Notes under the pieces: generated by a model | What the model saw: only the letters and a program-made list of their open reading frames with translations | Databases searched by the model: none | What the model was told of the DNA's origin: nothing | Part shown: one piece after another, positions 59,874 through 64,000 of the stretch | Layout of the letters: every line of letters begins with the position of its first letter | How positions within the stretch are numbered: the stretch's first letter is position 1 | Source of the DNA: Bacteriovoracaceae bacterium | Lineage (GTDB): Bacteria > Bdellovibrionota > Bacteriovoracia > Bacteriovoracales > Bacteriovoracaceae | Reading direction: 5' to 3' | Length of the DNA: 64,000 bases | NCBI GenBank assembly: GCA_965217035.1 | Contig: OZ244226.1 | Span: 1,470,146 to 1,534,145 of the forward strand | Translations under genes and position numbers: made by a program

Positions 59874-61220
59874 TTAATTTCTTCTTCTTAATCTTGATAC
59901 AGCATTCAAAACTTTACTTGCATCAACTCGACCACCAGAAACAGAGATATTTTTCAATGCATCTGTTTTAGTACTTGTCTTAATAAGAATCTCTCTAATT
60001 TTAGTAGCTGGAAGTTTCACAAGTTTTTCACCTTTCTCTCCAATAAAGTCAGGATTCATTGAAAGTAGAAGAGCAACCACACCAGAAACATGAGGTGTTG
60101 CCATTGATGTTCCAGAATACTTGGCATATTTACCGTTAAGAACTGTAGAAAGAATATCAACCCCTGGAGCTGCTACATCAACAGTCTTTTTTCCGTAAGA
60201 AGTAAAATAAGCTTTTTTACCACTTTCTTCATAAGCAGCAACTGCAATCATGTTATCGATCTCGTAATTAGAAGGATAGTTTGGTCTTTTATCGTTATCA
60301 TTCGAACTATTACCAGCAGCCGCAACAAAGATTGAACCTTTTTCGTTAGCATACTCAATAGAACTTTTTATCGCTTGAGAAGCTCCGCCGCCTCCCCATG
60401 AGTTACTCATTACATGAGCACCATTATCAGCAGAGTAAGTGATTGCTTCAACAATAGCAGCTACTGTTGTTCTTCCTCTTGCATTAAAAATCTTTGAAGC
60501 CATCAATGTTGCATTTTTTACAACACCAGCTACGCCTAGCTCATCATGAACAGCTCCAATAGTTCCTGCACAGTGAGATCCATGACTGTGACCATCTTCT
60601 GGAGTACTATCTTGATCAATAAAATCGTACCCATGAATATCATCAACGTACCCGTTTCCATCATCGTCAACATTAGGCGTACCATTTAATTCTGCTTTAT
60701 TAACCCAAAGATTTGCCTTTAAATCAGGGTGAGAAAGATCAATCCCTGTATCAACTACAGCAACAACAACTTTTTTCGTTCCAAAAGACTTATCCCAAGC
60801 TTCCGGTGCATTAATATCAGTATCTTTTGTATTATTAAGTCCCCAAAGCTCACCAAACATATCATCCTTAGGAAGCTCTCTAAGGCTATATGCTTTTCCT
60901 TTTCTGAATTTTGGAAGTTCATAAATATAGTTAGGCTCAATGAACTCAATCATTGGGTGAGACTTAAGTTTTTTAACTGTAGAAATCTTAACTCTAGAGT
61001 TAACTTTAATTCGATAAATTTTTGATTTTTTAACTCTTAATCTTTTTCGTTTCTGAATCATACTTTTCATTCGAGAGTTAGTGAAAAATCGTTTTGCACT
61101 TACACCTTTTTTGAGTTTTACAATGTACTCGCCAGGTACAGATTCACGTGCACTTGAGCTACTTATGAAGCTCACAAGAGATAGGCATAAAAATAAAAAA
61201 ATAAAATTCCGTTTCATCAT
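59874..61220 (-). CDS. secreted S8 subtilase with propeptide
   Basis: VAVVDTG (Asp), HGSHCAG (His), AAGN, GTSMATP (Ser); start set after AAGGA. Confidence 0.93.
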   Translation of the reverse strand: MMKRNFIFLFLCLSLVSFISSSSARESVPGEYIVKLKKGVSAKRFFTNSRMKSMIQKRKRLRVKKSKIYRIKVNSRVKISTVKKLKSHPMIEFIEPNYIYELPKFRKGKAYSLRELPKDDMFGELWGLNNTKDTDINAPEAWDKSFGTKKVVVAVVDTGIDLSHPDLKANLWVNKAELNGTPNVDDDGNGYVDDIHGYDFIDQDSTPEDGHSHGSHCAGTIGAVHDELGVAGVVKNATLMASKIFNARGRTTVAAIVEAITYSADNGAHVMSNSWGGGGASQAIKSSIEYANEKGSIFVAAAGNSSNDNDKRPNYPSNYEIDNMIAVAAYEESGKKAYFTSYGKKTVDVAAPGVDILSTVLNGKYAKYSGTSMATPHVSGVVALLLSMNPDFIGEKGEKLVKLPATKIREILIKTSTKTDALKNISVSGGRVDASKVLNAVSRLRRRN

Positions 61221-61419
61221 AAACATCCTTGAAATGATTAGTAGACTAATTTGATAGGTAATCCTATGACGGTTTTTTCGTTTCAGGAAGCGATGATAGT
61301 TAAAGTAAGTACTTAATGTATCATCAAAAAAAATGAACAAAATTTTATTTTCAAATACCAAATTAAATTTAATTAATAATGCTCAAAAACTCGTAAAAGG
61401 ACCATCGCTTAAATAATCT

Positions 61420-61452
61420 AAATTTATAATCATTTAAAATGATTATAAATTT
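61420..61452. repeat. perfect 16-bp inverted repeat, 1-nt spacer
   Basis: AAATTTATAATCATTT-a-AAATGATTATAAATTT. Confidence 0.85.
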
Positions 61453-61504
61453 TTAAAAGAAGTTATAGAGAAACCTCACTTTTAAAATAGACTTTATTTA
61501 TTTT

Positions 61505-62833
61505 TTAAAGAGAATTCAGAAGAAGTCCCTGTTGAGCAAGAAGATTATAAGAATCTAAAATCAAAATATGTTTTTGAGCATTCAAGTCCACTTTTGATTC
61601 ATAAAGACGCATTCTCTGATCTATTGTATTGATAATTTTTTGAGTTAAATCAGATCCTTTTTCACTTGCATAGAGCTCAGCAAGCATATCATCATAAGTT
61701 TTAGTATTCGATTCAACGGCTAGTTCTAATTCTTTAATTCTATCTTTTGAGTTTTTAATCGCAAAAATTAAATCTTCAACCTGTCTTCGTATCTGTCTAT
61801 AGTTTTCATTTTTTTTGTAGTTTTCTATCGAAAGATCATGGTTTGCTTTCTTCACCTTATTTCTTCTCTTTCCTCCATCAAATAAAGGAATCGAAATTCT
61901 TCCACCGACATAACCACTCATAAGAGATTTATCCCCAAAAACCTGGCTTCTAGCATCTTTAACATTAATCGAAGCATCTAAAAAAACTCGCGGCAGTCGC
62001 TCTTTTTTAACTGCTAATAAATTAGATTCTGCACCTTTGATGTTGAAGTTACTTTCTTTAATCAGCGGATGAAACTTCAAAGAATTTTCCAAAATTTCAC
62101 CTTCTTCCATCGATAAAAAAATTGCTTCTGGCTTTACGAGGAAAAAATCAACAGGATAATAATCAAGGATAGATTTATAGTAATTATTCGCCCTATTAAT
62201 ATTTCCTTGAAAAATTCGAACAGTATTACAAACTGATTGCTTCCTGGATTTTATAAGCTCTATATCATAAGACTCTAATGTTCTTTCATTTTTCTCGAGG
62301 TTCTTTTTAAGATCCCAGAGATCATTGTAAGCATTCAAACTATAAACCAAAGCTATCCGTTCTCTTAGAACACTTATATAACTATCAGCCGCAGCCAAAG
62401 CAATTCTATTCATTAAATTTTCAATTTTTGCTTGTGCGGCCCTGGATCTTTCTTCTGCTGCTTTTATTTGGCTCCTCACAAGACCAAAATCAAAAACAGA
62501 AACACTCGTTGAAAGGCGAGGTGTAAAACTTGTAATATTACCTCTTGGAGAACCAGCAAAATTTTCAAGTGTTCCGTAGGCTAAATTTAAATTTCCTTGA
62601 ACATCTCTTGCTGATTGAGCGATCTCAATATCTGCTTGTGACTTTTCATAACTTAGTCTTGATCTCATAACAGACGGATGAGTTTCTAAAGCCTGTTGAA
62701 TAACATCATTGATCGTAATTTTTTCTAGGCCATGATTGTCTGCAATATTTTCTATTTCATCGCAACTGGCATGAGATCTAGCCGGCAATAATACGAGATT
62801 AAATAATAAAATGAATAGGTTAAAGCTCTTCAA
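61505..62833 (-). CDS. TolC-family outer-membrane efflux protein
   Basis: Signal peptide, QALETHPSV, VFDFG, HPLIK, RLPRVFL, ISIPLFDGG duplicated-half pattern. Confidence 0.85.
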   Translation of the reverse strand: MKSFNLFILLFNLVLLPARSHASCDEIENIADNHGLEKITINDVIQQALETHPSVMRSRLSYEKSQADIEIAQSARDVQGNLNLAYGTLENFAGSPRGNITSFTPRLSTSVSVFDFGLVRSQIKAAEERSRAAQAKIENLMNRIALAAADSYISVLRERIALVYSLNAYNDLWDLKKNLEKNERTLESYDIELIKSRKQSVCNTVRIFQGNINRANNYYKSILDYYPVDFFLVKPEAIFLSMEEGEILENSLKFHPLIKESNFNIKGAESNLLAVKKERLPRVFLDASINVKDARSQVFGDKSLMSGYVGGRISIPLFDGGKRRNKVKKANHDLSIENYKKNENYRQIRRQVEDLIFAIKNSKDRIKELELAVESNTKTYDDMLAELYASEKGSDLTQKIINTIDQRMRLYESKVDLNAQKHILILDSYNLLAQQGLLLNSL

Positions 62834-63150
62834 AATTTACCTTCCTAATCACTCTCTGTACAAGCCAATTCTGCAACTGAATTCATTCGATATCGCAATT
62901 TTACTGATCAATAAATTCTTCATTTTTATTCCTTTTATAGAATTATAAACTTCGCAAGGATCCTTAACCATAATCCCGTAAACCTTACAAAAATAAGCCT
63001 AGATTTTAGACACTTCTCGTCTTGGTGCGTATGTAGTGAATAAAAAACGATGATAAATGAGATGTTTTAGGGCCATGATAGAGAACGAGGAATTTGTTGA
63101 TCTCGCTTAACGCTGTCGCAATAAAGATGATTGGTTAGTTTTACTTGAAT

Positions 63151-63238
63151 TGGCGGAGGACGAGGGATTCGAACCCCCGGAGGCGCGAACCTCAATAGTT
63201 TTCAAAACTACCGCCTTCGACCACTCGGCCAGTCCTCC
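63151..63238 (-). tRNA. tRNA-Ser(TGA)
   Basis: GGAGGAC/GTCCTCC acceptor stem, GTAGT-tt-TGA-aa-ACTAT, long variable arm, encoded CCA. Confidence 0.97.
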
Positions 63239-63283
63239 GCAAAAGTGTTCCCCTAATATACGAGGAACGCTTAAAAATGACAA

Positions 63284-64000
<717 letters not shown>

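Noticed and set aside
63151..63238. TGA-anticodon tRNA as suppressor or selenocysteine tRNA
   Set aside because: Anticodon TGA reads UCA (Ser), and the normal 7-bp acceptor stem and position after serS fit tRNA-Ser.

Overview
AT-rich bacterial chromosome segment, most likely from a predatory Bdellovibrionota (Bacteriovoracaceae/Halobacteriovorax-like). This is inferred from the dnaX-ybaB-recR-mglA-dksA order, a short flagellin, Agl/Glt gliding homologues and many secreted hydrolases. The left half is mostly core genes: nadK-recN, a sigma28-driven flagellin-PilZ-lpxH unit, prmA-rsmE, udk-rnj, and one long minus-strand run from SRP RNA and dnaX through mglA and dksA into a reduced dcw cluster. 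That cluster lacks mraZ, murG, murC and ddl, carries a MurD with heavily altered catalytic motifs, and has an ftsW that seems to start at ATC. The right half is a serS / 3x tRNA-Ser / tRNA-Arg(ACG) / tadA backbone interleaved with accessory genes. The most striking is a compact 10-gene, 11.3-kb Agl-Glt-type trans-envelope motor operon (40.2-51.5 kb) that also encodes a MIDAS-bearing VWA lipoprotein and an Ig-repeat lipoprotein. Others are tauABC, a gingipain-like C25 protease, a subtilase, a metzincin-like protease and an endonuclease I. I found no CRISPR array, rRNA, transposase or integrase. All calls come from reading motifs by eye; no database searches were run.
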